From Callorhinchus milii (lineage: Eukaryota): 64,000 nt of DNA. A program made the translations under genes and the position numbers. The notes under the pieces are model-generated. The model was given only the letters and a program-made list of their open reading frames with translations, made no database searches and was not told where the DNA came from. Location: assembly GCF_018977255.1 (NCBI RefSeq), contig NW_024704743.1, positions 27,964,001-28,028,000 of the forward strand, given 5' to 3'. Below are positions 63,335-64,000 of the stretch, one piece after another; positions within the stretch are counted from its first letter, which is position 1, and each line of letters opens with the position of its first letter.

Positions 63335-63910
63335 CAACAACAACTTGCATTTACGTAGTGCCCCTCATGCAGGGTAGCACCCCAGAGCGCTTGACTCATG
63401 GACAAATGTTTTGGCTGCGTTTGGGGTAAGGTACGGTTGGAGGCAGGCAATGAGAGAGAGGGCGTAGTTTGTCATTTCTGTGTTATGGACAGGGCGGAAA
63501 CCAGATTGGAGGGGCTCGAGGAAGGATTGGAAGGAGAGGTGATAGCAAAGCTGGTTAGCGACAACGCATTCCAGAGCTTTGGCAAGAAAGGGCAGGTTGG
63601 ACATGGGTCGGTAATTAGTGAGGTTGGAGAGGTCAAGGGTAATTTTTTTTGAGGAGGGGAGTCAAGACAGTGGTTTTAAGAGGGAGTGGAACAGAGTCTG
63701 AGGAGAGCGACCGTTGGCCAGCAGTGGGGAGAGGAGGGAAATTGGGTGACCAGCAACTGGGTGGGGAGGGGTTCGAGGCAGTAGGTGGTGGGCTTCACCA
63801 CCTGGGAGATGGTGGTTGAGAGGAAAGGGGGAGTAATCGGGGCAAAGAAGTTTAGCGGGGGGGTGGGGGGAGTGGTAGGTGCCATGACAGAAGGAGGGGA
63901 TTCCAAAGAA
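63335..63910 (-). mobile_element. L2 LINE remnant, internally deleted
   Basis: SNLPFLAKALECVVANQL..LEPLQSGFRPVHNTE and KPTTYCLEPLPTQLL; tail caacaacaacaacttgcatttacgtagtgcc. Confidence 0.88.
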
Positions 63911-64000
63911 ATGCCTTAAATACTGATATTGTCACTTGCCACCAGGTACCATTTATAATAGTAATATTAATCCTTGCACTTGATATGGTGCCTTATCATG

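Noticed and set aside
1..64000. CRISPR array, operons or prokaryotic defence systems
   Set aside because: The sequence is spliceosomal vertebrate DNA. The recurring motifs are dispersed retroposons, not repeat-spacer arrays.

Overview
Vertebrate genomic DNA, mostly intron. It is most likely a cartilaginous fish, probably a chimaera, judged from recalled repeat families rather than a search. The window holds five clear + strand coding exons of the formin gene FHOD3 (GBD/FH3 armadillo-repeat region and start of the linker; 95, 112, 95, 144 and 254 bp; GT-AG introns; one continuous frame). It also has a good candidate 90-bp alternative exon and two weaker exon candidates. The rest is repeat-rich intron: a young tRNA(Ala)-headed Deu-type SINE in long and short subfamilies, older Deu/SacSINE1-like and LmeSINE1-like SINEs, CR1 and L2 LINE fragments, Penelope-like termini with degenerate hammerhead-ribozyme motifs, an unclassified composite repeat, a minisatellite and a (TG)n tract. 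Nearly all ORFs in the supplied track are spurious or repeat-derived. I found no convincing wholly new biological system. The best leads are the candidate FHOD3 alternative or internal-start exons, the hammerhead relics and the unclassified composite retroposon.
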